Shown here: positions 8,014 to 15,864 of the stretch, one piece after another
Layout of the letters: every line of letters begins with the position of its first letter
Position numbering within the stretch: position 1 is the first letter of the stretch
Source: Candidatus Omnitrophota bacterium
GTDB lineage: Bacteria > Omnitrophota > Gorgyraeia > Gygaellales > JAHJCI01
Assembly: GCA_043816835.1 (NCBI GenBank)
Contig: JBDRHJ010000099.1
Coordinates: forward strand, 1 to 33,486
Reading direction: 5' to 3'
Length of the DNA: 33,486 bases
Position numbers and translations under genes: made by a program
The notes under the pieces: generated by a model
Databases searched by the model: none
What the model was told of the DNA's origin: nothing
The model's input: the letters and a program-made list of their open reading frames with translations, nothing else

Positions 8014-8106
8014 CTGTCCTCTGACTTCTGTCTTCTGACTTACAACTTCCCTAATCCCTGACTACTAACTTATGACTTATGACCTATGACTTACGACTTA
8101 TAGCTC
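8014..8106. repeat. Tandem heptanucleotide arrays (CTGTCCT CTGACTT CTGTCTT CTGACTT ... CTGACTA CTAACTT ATGACTT ATGACCT ATGACTT ACGACTT ATAGCTC)
   Basis: Period-7 register read directly from the sequence at 8014-8041 and 8058-8106. Confidence 0.85.
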
Positions 8107-8145
8107 TTATTCTTTCGCTGTGAGCCTTTTTTGAAGATGCATTAT

Positions 8146-8898
8146 TCAACCCTGTGACTTTGCTGCTACAATGTTTTTTTCTAATTTAGTTTTTCCTAGA
8201 TGAAAGTCTAAAAATGCGTCTAAAACCTGATGGAGCTCACGCATTATCTCACGGCTTATGCCTAATCGTAAGGCATTTTTAAATTCATTTTTCTCAATAA
8301 ATAAAATAGAGGCAACTGTCCCGCGAAAAATATTCCTGGCGGTAATATCCTTATTTAAGCAGCGGTCGCACAATAACCCGCCGAATTTTAAACTCAGGCG
8401 GGCCTGAGAGATAATTTTATCATTACAGGATACGCAAGAATCAAGGTGCGGCTTAAATCCGCATAAATCTAATGCCTTGATTTTAAAAATCACGCTTATC
8501 CTATTCGGGTCAGAAGCATTTTCCAATTGCCCGAGGCAAGCAAAAACCAAATCAAAAATATGCTCATTTTTATCTTCCGGAACGGTCAGGGTATTAAGCA
8601 GGTCAATCAAGGAAAATGCCTTACGCATTTTTTCCAAATCGTTCTTGATTAACCGAAAATCATTTTTTAGATCACACTGGCTTACCAGGTATAATGTTGA
8701 ATTGGCCTTGCGGTAAAACACTATTTCATTAAGCGAGAATACATCCAGATTACTGCTGAACTTATCGGGTTCCTGCCTTGCCCCTTTTAGAATCCCGGAA
8801 AGTTTGCCGAATTCGCGTGTATAAAAATTAGCAATTAAGCTTGTCTGGCGAAAATTTTGCCTGCTTAATAGAATTGCGTCTGTTTTATGTATAGACAT
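8146..8898 (-). CDS. recO: DNA repair protein RecO
   Basis: 250 aa. The N-terminal OB region (AILLSRQNFRQTSLIANFYTREFGKLSGILKGAR) and the C-terminal zinc motif (CVSCNDK...CDRC) are present. Its start overlaps the ybeY stop as TAATG. Confidence 0.9.
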   Translation of the reverse strand: MSIHKTDAILLSRQNFRQTSLIANFYTREFGKLSGILKGARQEPDKFSSNLDVFSLNEIVFYRKANSTLYLVSQCDLKNDFRLIKNDLEKMRKAFSLIDLLNTLTVPEDKNEHIFDLVFACLGQLENASDPNRISVIFKIKALDLCGFKPHLDSCVSCNDKIISQARLSLKFGGLLCDRCLNKDITARNIFRGTVASILFIEKNEFKNALRLGISREIMRELHQVLDAFLDFHLGKTKLEKNIVAAKSQG

Positions 8899-9413
8899 TA
8901 AGCTTTTATTTTTTTAAGGACCTCTAATGCTTTACGATGCATTCTTTCCCGGTCTTTTTTTCTGTAATCACGGTAACCAAAAAGGTGCAGAATTCCGTGA
9001 ATAAGATAAAGCATCATTTCCCATCGGGGCGATGTTTTAAACCTTTGAGAGTTTTCCAAAGCCATATCACTGGATATTACGATATCGGCAACAATCTTCC
9101 CTGCCCCGGAAAGATCAAAACAAAGCAAATCAGTAGGCTGATTTTTTCCTAAAAACCGTTGATTGAATTCCTGAATAACACGGTTATCAGCATAAAAAAT
9201 TGTTAGCTGGCCGGCCAAACTCAACTGCCCCTTACCCCTGGAAATACCTGCCCCAGAAAACAAAACCCCGAAAGGCGCAACCCCTTGTCTTGTATTTTTT
9301 AAAACCGAACCCCTATCGCATTTTAAAATCTCTAAGGCCTTAAGGATAAATGCCTTAATTGCTCTCTTGCTGACGGGAATCTTCCTTTGCCGATTTATGA
9401 TGGTTATCCGCAC
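8898..9413 (-). CDS. ybeY: rRNA maturation endoribonuclease YbeY, with an internal insertion and a variant metal motif
   Basis: PTDLLCFDL and HGILHLFGYRD correspond to the YbeY H-G-x-L-H-L-x-G-Y-D-H motif. The position of the third His is Asp. About 35 extra residues sit between the N-terminal helix and the QLTIFYADN strand. Confidence 0.8.
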   Translation of the reverse strand: MRITIINRQRKIPVSKRAIKAFILKALEILKCDRGSVLKNTRQGVAPFGVLFSGAGISRGKGQLSLAGQLTIFYADNRVIQEFNQRFLGKNQPTDLLCFDLSGAGKIVADIVISSDMALENSQRFKTSPRWEMMLYLIHGILHLFGYRDYRKKDRERMHRKALEVLKKIKA

Positions 9414-10746
9414 GATTTTTTTGTGGATAGGTTATACGGGAATGATATATGCTTGTTAACAATTTGATAAAAATGCCTGAGATGTTTTCTAAATCCTTTA
9501 AGGTTAAATCGCATTCATCCAATTGGCCGTCGATAAACTTATTATTGATAATCTTATGCACTTCCTGTTCGATTCGCTTTGGCGTGGGGTCGTTTAAGGA
9601 ACGCGTAGCCGCTTCGGTTGAATCAGCCAAAAGTACAATTGCGGTTTCTTTACTTTTTGGTTTTGGCCCGGGATAACGAAAGCCCTCTTCGGAAATCTCC
9701 TGCCCTTCTTCGTTTTCCAGCGCCCGGCGATAAAAGTAATACACCAGGCTTGTCCCGTGATGCTGGAGGATAAAATCAATAATTGCCGGATTAATCCGCC
9801 AACGCTTGGCAATAAGTTCCCCCTCCTTTACATGATTCATAATAACCAGCTTACTCATTGAAGGGACGAGATCCTCATGCTTGCTTACACCAAGATTCTG
9901 ATTTTCGCTGAAGTATTCGGATTTTTCAATCTTTCCGATATCATGATAATAGGCGCCGATTCTTGCCAATAAAGCATTGGAGCCTACTGCCTCACAGGCC
10001 GCCTCTGAAAGATTCCCCACAATAAGGCTATGATGGTAAGTCCCCGGCGCCTCAAGCATTAACCGTTTAAGAATTGTCTGATTAAAATCAGACAATTCCA
10101 ATAAACTGATATTGGTAACCCGCCCGAATATATATTCAAATACCGGCAGCGTCCCAACCGCAACAACCCCGCAGATAACCCCGTTAATAAAGAAATTTAT
10201 ATGGGGATTAAAATGATTTGTAATTCTGAAATCCTGGAAAAATAGCCAGACCACCGCCTGGACTATGCCAACGATAAACCCCGCGCGTATAATCTGAGAA
10301 CGCCGGCGCACATCAATCAAAAGCACCGTCGAGATAGCCGCGCTTATAAAAAATAAAATCGCGAGATTCAAGCTGTTAAATTCAACTGCCAAAGAAAAAC
10401 TACAAGCCAGAATCATAAGTAAAGAAATTACTAAATCCTGCCAAAGGATAATCACCAGCATCGGAACAAGGATGAACGGAATGTAATAAAGCCCGAGCTG
10501 CTTTTCAAGAGACCAATGACCGATAGCAAAAATAACCAAAAAAAGGAGTAGTAAATGCAAAAGGCGACAGGGCGAATTCTTGTGCTTACCCCAAACCTCC
10601 AAATAAATAAAAATCGTCACCAGTATTAGGGGGATAATCAAGTTAAGATTCAGGATAAAGCTGAGTAAAAATAAGAGGATTATCGAAATGCTATTTTTTA
10701 TGATTCGCGCTTTCATAGGCCTTAATAATCTTCTGTACAAGGTCAT
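9355..10746 (-). CDS. pgpH: 7TM-HD family phosphohydrolase (PgpH/YqfF-like) lacking the N-terminal extracytoplasmic domain
   Basis: The N-terminal half is multi-pass hydrophobic. The HD domain follows (HHSLIVGNLSEAA, GAYYHDIGK, HHG). The position between phoH and ybeY is conserved. The start is ambiguous: ATG at 10746 or 10716, and both overlap the phoH end. Confidence 0.8.
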   Translation of the reverse strand: MTLYRRLLRPMKARIIKNSISIILLFLLSFILNLNLIIPLILVTIFIYLEVWGKHKNSPCRLLHLLLLFLVIFAIGHWSLEKQLGLYYIPFILVPMLVIILWQDLVISLLMILACSFSLAVEFNSLNLAILFFISAAISTVLLIDVRRRSQIIRAGFIVGIVQAVVWLFFQDFRITNHFNPHINFFINGVICGVVAVGTLPVFEYIFGRVTNISLLELSDFNQTILKRLMLEAPGTYHHSLIVGNLSEAACEAVGSNALLARIGAYYHDIGKIEKSEYFSENQNLGVSKHEDLVPSMSKLVIMNHVKEGELIAKRWRINPAIIDFILQHHGTSLVYYFYRRALENEEGQEISEEGFRYPGPKPKSKETAIVLLADSTEAATRSLNDPTPKRIEQEVHKIINNKFIDGQLDECDLTLKDLENISGIFIKLLTSIYHSRITYPQKNRADNHHKSAKEDSRQQESN

Positions 10747-11569
10747 GCCTTACAACATCAGAACCCGTAAGGTAGACAAATTTTATACCCTTAATATCAG
10801 ATAAAAGCTCCTGCGCCTGAAGTAATCCGGTAGGCTCGCCGTCCGGTAAATCGCTCTGGGTTATATCACCGGTAATTACTGTCTTGGAATCAAAGCCCAG
10901 GCGCGTTAGAAACATCTTCATCTGGTCAGCAGTGCAATTCTGCGCTTCATCCAATATTATAAAGGCATCATTCAGGGTTCTTCCCCGCATATAGGCAAGA
11001 GGGGCAACTTCAATAATCCCGGTAGCAATATATTTATCGATAGTATCGGCATCCAGCATATCATAAAGCGCATCGTAAAGCGGCCGCAAATACGGGGATA
11101 TCTTTGCGTGAATATCACCGGGTAAAAACCCTAAAGACTCCCCGGCTTCAATGGCCGGCCGAACCAGAATAATCCTGCGAACTAAACCCTTTGCCAGTGC
11201 TGCCTGCGCCTGCCAGACCGCAAGATAAGTCTTGCCTGTACCAGCTGGCCCAACCGCGAAAACAATATCATTCCGCTTTATTGCCTCGACATACCCCTTC
11301 TGCCCTTTAGTCTTAGGATTAATCTGGCGCTGATAGGCATCGACTGCCTTTAATTGCCCGTGCTTTCCTGCTCTTATTGATCCGAGGAGTGAATTAACTA
11401 ACGCTGCTGCCTTTGGAACAGCCCGAGAACCCCCTTTAAGCTTAAGCTGGTCACCCCGGCTGCTGATTTTAATACCGCATTCCCGTTCAATTTCCTTTAT
11501 ATTCTTATCACAAGTGCCAAAAAAAATTTGCGCTTCCTGGCTGTTATTTAAAGGAATTATCTTTTCCAT
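10691..11569 (-). CDS. phoH: PhoH-like ATPase (PhoH/YbeZ)
   Basis: Contains Walker A GPAGTGKTYLA, IILDEAQN and VITGDITQSDLP. Confidence 0.92.
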   Translation of the reverse strand: MEKIIPLNNSQEAQIFFGTCDKNIKEIERECGIKISSRGDQLKLKGGSRAVPKAAALVNSLLGSIRAGKHGQLKAVDAYQRQINPKTKGQKGYVEAIKRNDIVFAVGPAGTGKTYLAVWQAQAALAKGLVRRIILVRPAIEAGESLGFLPGDIHAKISPYLRPLYDALYDMLDADTIDKYIATGIIEVAPLAYMRGRTLNDAFIILDEAQNCTADQMKMFLTRLGFDSKTVITGDITQSDLPDGEPTGLLQAQELLSDIKGIKFVYLTGSDVVRHDLVQKIIKAYESANHKK

Positions 11570-11648
11570 CTTTATTTATCAATACTATGTTAAAATTCAG
11601 TAATTTTTGTAATTTCTAAAGTTTTAACTTATGATTTTGTAAAAAATG

Positions 11649-11753
11649 CAATAATTTAATGCGTTGTTTATAAGATACACGCAGATAAAAGCGCGATACA
11701 CACTGATAACGACGAGGAAAAATCTGTGTAAATCTATTTTTAACAAAATGCTG
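11649..11753. repeat. Family D element, copy a (CAATAATTTAATGCGTTGT...GATACAC...ACTGATAACGACGAGG AAAATCTGTGTAAATCT ... TTTTTAACAAAATGCTG)
   Basis: About 100 nt can be aligned by eye with 27515-27631. It lies 80-185 nt upstream of the phoH ATG. Confidence 0.8.
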
Positions 11754-11777
11754 CTTTATGATCAAATCGGGTTTAAT

Positions 11778-12338
11778 CTATTTTGTACCCGAAGTTTCTT
11801 CTACCGCAACCTCAATAACCTGTCCCGGATAAATACTGTGCGGACTCTTTAATATTTTCTGGTTAAGCTTATAAATCTCTTCCCAGCGTTTAGTTGTGCC
11901 ATAAAATTGCTTGGATATGCGCTGAAGCGTATCCCCTTCCTTAACCGTATACTTCTTTATAACCACTGTTTTTGATTTAGCCGGGCGGATAACAACCGGG
12001 TTAATTTCAGGAATAATAACCGACGTTGTTGCCCCTGATTCACCCGGGCCTGGCATTACATACACAGGCGGTGCTTCCTTAACCTTAGAAACAGGCATTT
12101 GAGGCGCCGGCTCTGTTTTTATCGGATAAAATTCGAACTCGATTACCTGAACCTCGCGAGTAGTCTTCCTTTTCTTTCCCTCGGTAACCTTTGGCTTGCC
12201 CATAAGATAGCCGCGGTTTCCTTCGCTAAGTTCCTGATCTGCTCTTTCCTTTATTACCGGATACGTCCTTACAATACAACCACTAACAACCAGAAATAAA
12301 AACCCCCCTAGTATAAATAAAAGCATCCCTTTATACAT
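11778..12338 (-). CDS. LysM-domain lipoprotein of unknown function
   Basis: Has a lipoprotein signal (MYKGMLLFILGGFLFLVVSGC), a Pro-rich linker and a C-terminal LysM domain (YTVKEGDTLQRISKQFYGTTKRWEEIYKLN...IYPGQVIEV). Its start overlaps the aspS end by 8 nt. Confidence 0.7.
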   Translation of the reverse strand: MYKGMLLFILGGFLFLVVSGCIVRTYPVIKERADQELSEGNRGYLMGKPKVTEGKKRKTTREVQVIEFEFYPIKTEPAPQMPVSKVKEAPPVYVMPGPGESGATTSVIIPEINPVVIRPAKSKTVVIKKYTVKEGDTLQRISKQFYGTTKRWEEIYKLNQKILKSPHSIYPGQVIEVAVEETSGTK

Positions 12339-13770
12339 CGCTTGCCTCCTTTGGTGTTTTCTTTATTTCCAAATTCAATTCATCTAACTGTATCCTGCTA
12401 ACAGATGAAGGCGCATCAGTAAGCGGGCACCAGCCGCTTTGCGTCTTAGGAAACGAAATAACCTCTCTAATAGTCTCCTTTTCTGCAAGGATACTTAAAA
12501 ACCTATCCACACCCAAAGCAAAACCCCCATGGGGCGGGGCGCCGTATTTTAATGCCTCAAGCAAAAAACCAAACCGTGATGCCGACTCCTCTTCACTTAT
12601 TCCGATAATCTTAAATATCTTTTCCTGCAGCCAGGATTGATGGATTCTGATTGAACCTGAACCAAGCTCGACGCCATTAAGCACTAAATCATAAGCAAGC
12701 GCTTTAATGTCTTTGTACGATCCGCCCAGCTTTATATCATTATCCGCCGGCGCAGTAAACGGATGATGTTCGCTTGCCCAGCGAGCTTCATCTTGGTCAT
12801 ATTTAAACAAAGGAAAACCGGTTATCCAGACAAAGGAAAATTTTTCTCCTGTGTTTGTTTTGCGTAAATCAGGCTTATCGGTCTGATAAAGCTCTATTGC
12901 CTGATTAAAATCCATGCGCGCAAAAGGAATTTTGATTTCAATGCCTAATGTTTCCTTAAATATATACTGTATTAACTGTTCGATTACATTTAAAACATCA
13001 TCCTGCTCGACAAAAGACATCTCTAAATCTAACTGTGTGAATTCGGGTTGTCGGTCGGCACGTAAATCTTCATCACGGAAGCAGCGGGCAACTTGATAGT
13101 AACGATCAACGCCGGAAATCATAAGAATCTGCTTAAACAACTGCGGTGACTGAGGAAGGGCATAGAAATTACCGGGGGATAAACGTGAAGGTACAAGAAA
13201 ATCCCGCGCGCCTTCCGGGGTGGACTTAGTGAGCATTGGGGTTTCAATCTCAACAAAGTTTTGCTTGCCGAGAAACGCCCTAATTGCAGAATAAAGATTG
13301 TGCCGCAAAAGCAAGCTGTCAAAAGCGGTTTTTCTTCGTAAGTCCAAATAGCGATATTTAAGACGTATATCCGTGCTGGTATTTAAATCTTCCTTAACCT
13401 CAAACGGCAAGGGCTGACAAGTATTAAGAATGGTTAACTTTTCTGCGGAAATCTCAATTTCGCCGGTCGGCAATTTAGGATTATCACTTCCCCGCGGCCG
13501 GCGGCTAACTTTGCCCTGAATAAGAACCGCGTATTCACTGCTTAACCCTTTTGCTTTTTCGTAAACCCCTAATTGATCGCTAACCCCCGATGCCTGAACC
13601 TCCTTATTTGAACCGGGAAAAAATACTACCTGAGTTACGCCATACCTATCCCGTAAATCAATAAAAATAATTTTGCCGTGATCGCGGCGCGAAGCCACCC
13701 AGCCGCAAAGGGTCACATCCTGGCCTATTTGGCTGGCAGTTAATTCTCCACAAGTATGTGTGCGTAACAT
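12331..13770 (-). CDS. aspS: aspartate--tRNA ligase, bacterial type but without the GAD insertion domain
   Basis: Has the N-terminal OB fold (LCGWVASRRDHGKIIFIDLRDRYGVTQVVF), motif 2 (FRDEDLRADRQPEFTQLDLEMSF) and motif 3 (GGFALGVDRF). It is 479 aa, against about 590 for typical bacterial AspRS. Confidence 0.93.
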   Translation of the reverse strand: MLRTHTCGELTASQIGQDVTLCGWVASRRDHGKIIFIDLRDRYGVTQVVFFPGSNKEVQASGVSDQLGVYEKAKGLSSEYAVLIQGKVSRRPRGSDNPKLPTGEIEISAEKLTILNTCQPLPFEVKEDLNTSTDIRLKYRYLDLRRKTAFDSLLLRHNLYSAIRAFLGKQNFVEIETPMLTKSTPEGARDFLVPSRLSPGNFYALPQSPQLFKQILMISGVDRYYQVARCFRDEDLRADRQPEFTQLDLEMSFVEQDDVLNVIEQLIQYIFKETLGIEIKIPFARMDFNQAIELYQTDKPDLRKTNTGEKFSFVWITGFPLFKYDQDEARWASEHHPFTAPADNDIKLGGSYKDIKALAYDLVLNGVELGSGSIRIHQSWLQEKIFKIIGISEEESASRFGFLLEALKYGAPPHGGFALGVDRFLSILAEKETIREVISFPKTQSGWCPLTDAPSSVSRIQLDELNLEIKKTPKEASDV

Positions 13771-13774
13771 TTTT

Positions 13775-15067
13775 TTATAGGTTATTGGAGACGAGGAGCC
13801 CTGGATCAGATGATAACAAATGCTTCAATAGCTGATTATCAGCAATATTGCTCTGTTCGCCCGAATCCATATCCTTTAAAGACAGATTGCCTTTGACTAA
13901 TTCATCTTCACCGATAATTACGCAAAATCTTGCGCCGGATTCGTTAGCCTGGCGCATCTTTGCCTTTAAAGAACGCCCGGCATAATCCATATCTGCGGGG
14001 ATATTATTAACGCGTAAACTATGCAATAATTCAATCCCTTTTTTATCTGCCTTCTCCCCAAGGGTTATTATATAAACCAATCCCCGCCCCTTAACTGCGG
14101 CTGCCGGGCCCTTTACAAGTAATATTCTCTCTACACCAAAAGCAACGCCAATTGCGCCGCATTCACGCCCGCCTAGCTGGCCTACCAGGGTATCGTATCG
14201 CCCCCCTGCCCCCAGCGCATCCTGAGCGCCTAACTGAGCATGCTTAATTTCAAATACTGTCCGGGTATAATAATCAAGGCCGCGCACTAAGGAATACGAT
14301 AACTTATAGCGCACATTGATTGCGCTTAGCCCATCGGTTATTTGCCGAAAGTGTGCTGCGCATTCAGGGCAGAGATAATCCTGCCCCATCTTTAGGTCAT
14401 TTACAATTTCCCGGCAGGCAGGATTCTTACAATCCAATATGCGGAATATATTACGGTTAAAGCGGCCCCGGCAATCAAAACATAATTTTGGCAATTTAGC
14501 TTTCAGCCTTTGCCTCAAATCCCTAGCAAGGCGCGCCTTATCATCAGGACACCCCAGGCTATTAAGGCAGATTTGATAATTGTTAACCCCCAGTGCTTTA
14601 AGCAAGCTGTCACTCAATGAAATAACCTCTATATCCAAATAAGGGCTAAGGCTGCCGATTGCCTCAATGCCAATATGATGAAACTGGCGAAGGCGTCCCT
14701 TTTGCGGGCGCTCAGCCCGAAACATCGGGCCCAAATAATATAATTTACTTGTGTCCTTATTTTTGTCCAGGTTATTTTCTAAGTAAGCGCGTACCACAGA
14801 AGCCGTTCCCTCGGGCCGCAAAACCAGATCGTCTTTAGCGTGCTTAACTTCGAGCATCTGCTTTTGAACAATTTCAGTAGACTCGCCTAAAGAGCGGTTA
14901 AATAGTGCGGCATTTTCTAAGACCGGCGTACGTATCTCTCGATAGCCATAAAGGGAAAAGGTCCTCCTTGCAATTGCTTCAACCCCTTGCCAGAGACAGG
15001 AATCCTGGCCTGCCTGGCCATACCCAGGCGGTAAGATATCCTGAGTCCCCCTTACGCGTTTAAACAT
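13775..15067 (-). CDS. hisS: histidine--tRNA ligase
   Basis: Contains RGTQDILP, LRPEGTASVVRAY, FRAERPQKGRLRQFHHIGIE, GLDYYTRTVFE and GGGRYD-like (AGGRYD) motifs. Confidence 0.95.
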   Translation of the reverse strand: MFKRVRGTQDILPPGYGQAGQDSCLWQGVEAIARRTFSLYGYREIRTPVLENAALFNRSLGESTEIVQKQMLEVKHAKDDLVLRPEGTASVVRAYLENNLDKNKDTSKLYYLGPMFRAERPQKGRLRQFHHIGIEAIGSLSPYLDIEVISLSDSLLKALGVNNYQICLNSLGCPDDKARLARDLRQRLKAKLPKLCFDCRGRFNRNIFRILDCKNPACREIVNDLKMGQDYLCPECAAHFRQITDGLSAINVRYKLSYSLVRGLDYYTRTVFEIKHAQLGAQDALGAGGRYDTLVGQLGGRECGAIGVAFGVERILLVKGPAAAVKGRGLVYIITLGEKADKKGIELLHSLRVNNIPADMDYAGRSLKAKMRQANESGARFCVIIGEDELVKGNLSLKDMDSGEQSNIADNQLLKHLLSSDPGLLVSNNL

Positions 15068-15133
15068 AAAACCTTTTTACCTTTCCCTTGTTTGATTAAA
15101 CCATACCCAATCAAAACCACCGGCAGTATAGAT

Positions 15134-15406
15134 TTATTTTATCCTTTTTTTCATTTCCAAGCCGGGCCTAAAAACTACACTTTTGCGTGCCGGCACAGGA
15201 ACAACCGCGCCTGTGCGGGGATTACGCCCGGTGCGGGGTTTGCGCTGTTTTATTTTAAAAACCCCGAAATTACGCAATTCGATTTTTTCACCGCGTACCA
15301 GCGCATCCAAAATACAATCAAAGGTTGCCTGGACTACCTTTTTAACTTCAACCTGCTTTAACACGGTCTGATCAGCGACTCTAAGCACTATATCTTTTTT
15401 TGTCAT
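15134..15406 (-). CDS. hup: HU/IHF-family nucleoid-associated DNA-binding protein
   Basis: 90 aa with the beta-arm signature RKPRTGRNPRTGAVVPVPARKSVVFRPG. A strong RBS (AAAGGAGG) precedes the start. Confidence 0.9.
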   Translation of the reverse strand: MTKKDIVLRVADQTVLKQVEVKKVVQATFDCILDALVRGEKIELRNFGVFKIKQRKPRTGRNPRTGAVVPVPARKSVVFRPGLEMKKRIK

Positions 15407-15596
15407 TAATCTACCTCCTTTTTTTGTTATTTACATAATCGGATAAGCCGAATGATTCGATTAGTCTATAGGAAGGATATTTGGTACAAATATTTTGCTG
15501 GCTACATCCTGTAAAAGCTGAACAAAATAACGATGGTTATTTATTCATAACATATTAAAATTCCAGCGCTTAGAAAGAATCTCTGGTTGGAATACT

Positions 15597-15625
15597 ATCT
15601 TATCAAGGCAAATTAAAACTGTCAA
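15597..15625 (-). promoter_or_regulatory. Candidate sigma-70 promoter: TTGACA, 17-nt spacer, TAAGAT
   Basis: The minus strand reads TTGACAgttttaatttgccttgaTAAGAT. The -35 is at 15620-15625 and the -10 at 15597-15602. It would give a leader of about 185 nt for hup, or a separate small transcript. Confidence 0.4.
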
Positions 15626-15864
15626 GAGAAATTGGTGCCTGTTTCTTATATAGCGATAGCTATTAGAAATAAAACAAGTTACGAGGTTTGGGTTTAGATC
15701 CTTATAAAAATATAGCTGCGGGTTTCTTAATCGTATTCCTACGCATGGATGCTTTTAATATAAACAAAATTTAAACTATTATTCTTTATTAGGAAAAAGA
15801 TAGGACTAATAAACAGAACAACTTGCAAATATAGTTTTTAGGGGTTAAAATTATTAAATCGGGA

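Noticed and set aside
9594-9812. Same-strand nested ORFs inside larger genes: 9594-9812, 13119-13322, 18979-19164 and 24266-24472
   Set aside because: They are out-of-frame ORFs inside pgpH, aspS, surA and secDF, with no independent start signals or recognisable motifs.
11664-11852. 62-aa plus-strand ORF in the phoH upstream region, and the 68-aa ORF at 24945-25151
   Set aside because: Both lie on the strand opposite to every real gene and cross repeat or hairpin DNA (family D and the rpsP/yajC structure). Neither has an RBS, and their composition is typical of AT-rich non-coding translation.
15068-15133. A T-box leader or attenuator upstream of hisS-aspS, or a His-rich leader peptide upstream of hisD
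   Set aside because: Only 66 nt separate hup from hisS, too short for a T-box, and hup appears to be co-transcribed. No run of His codons occurs in 32707-33386 on the gene strand.
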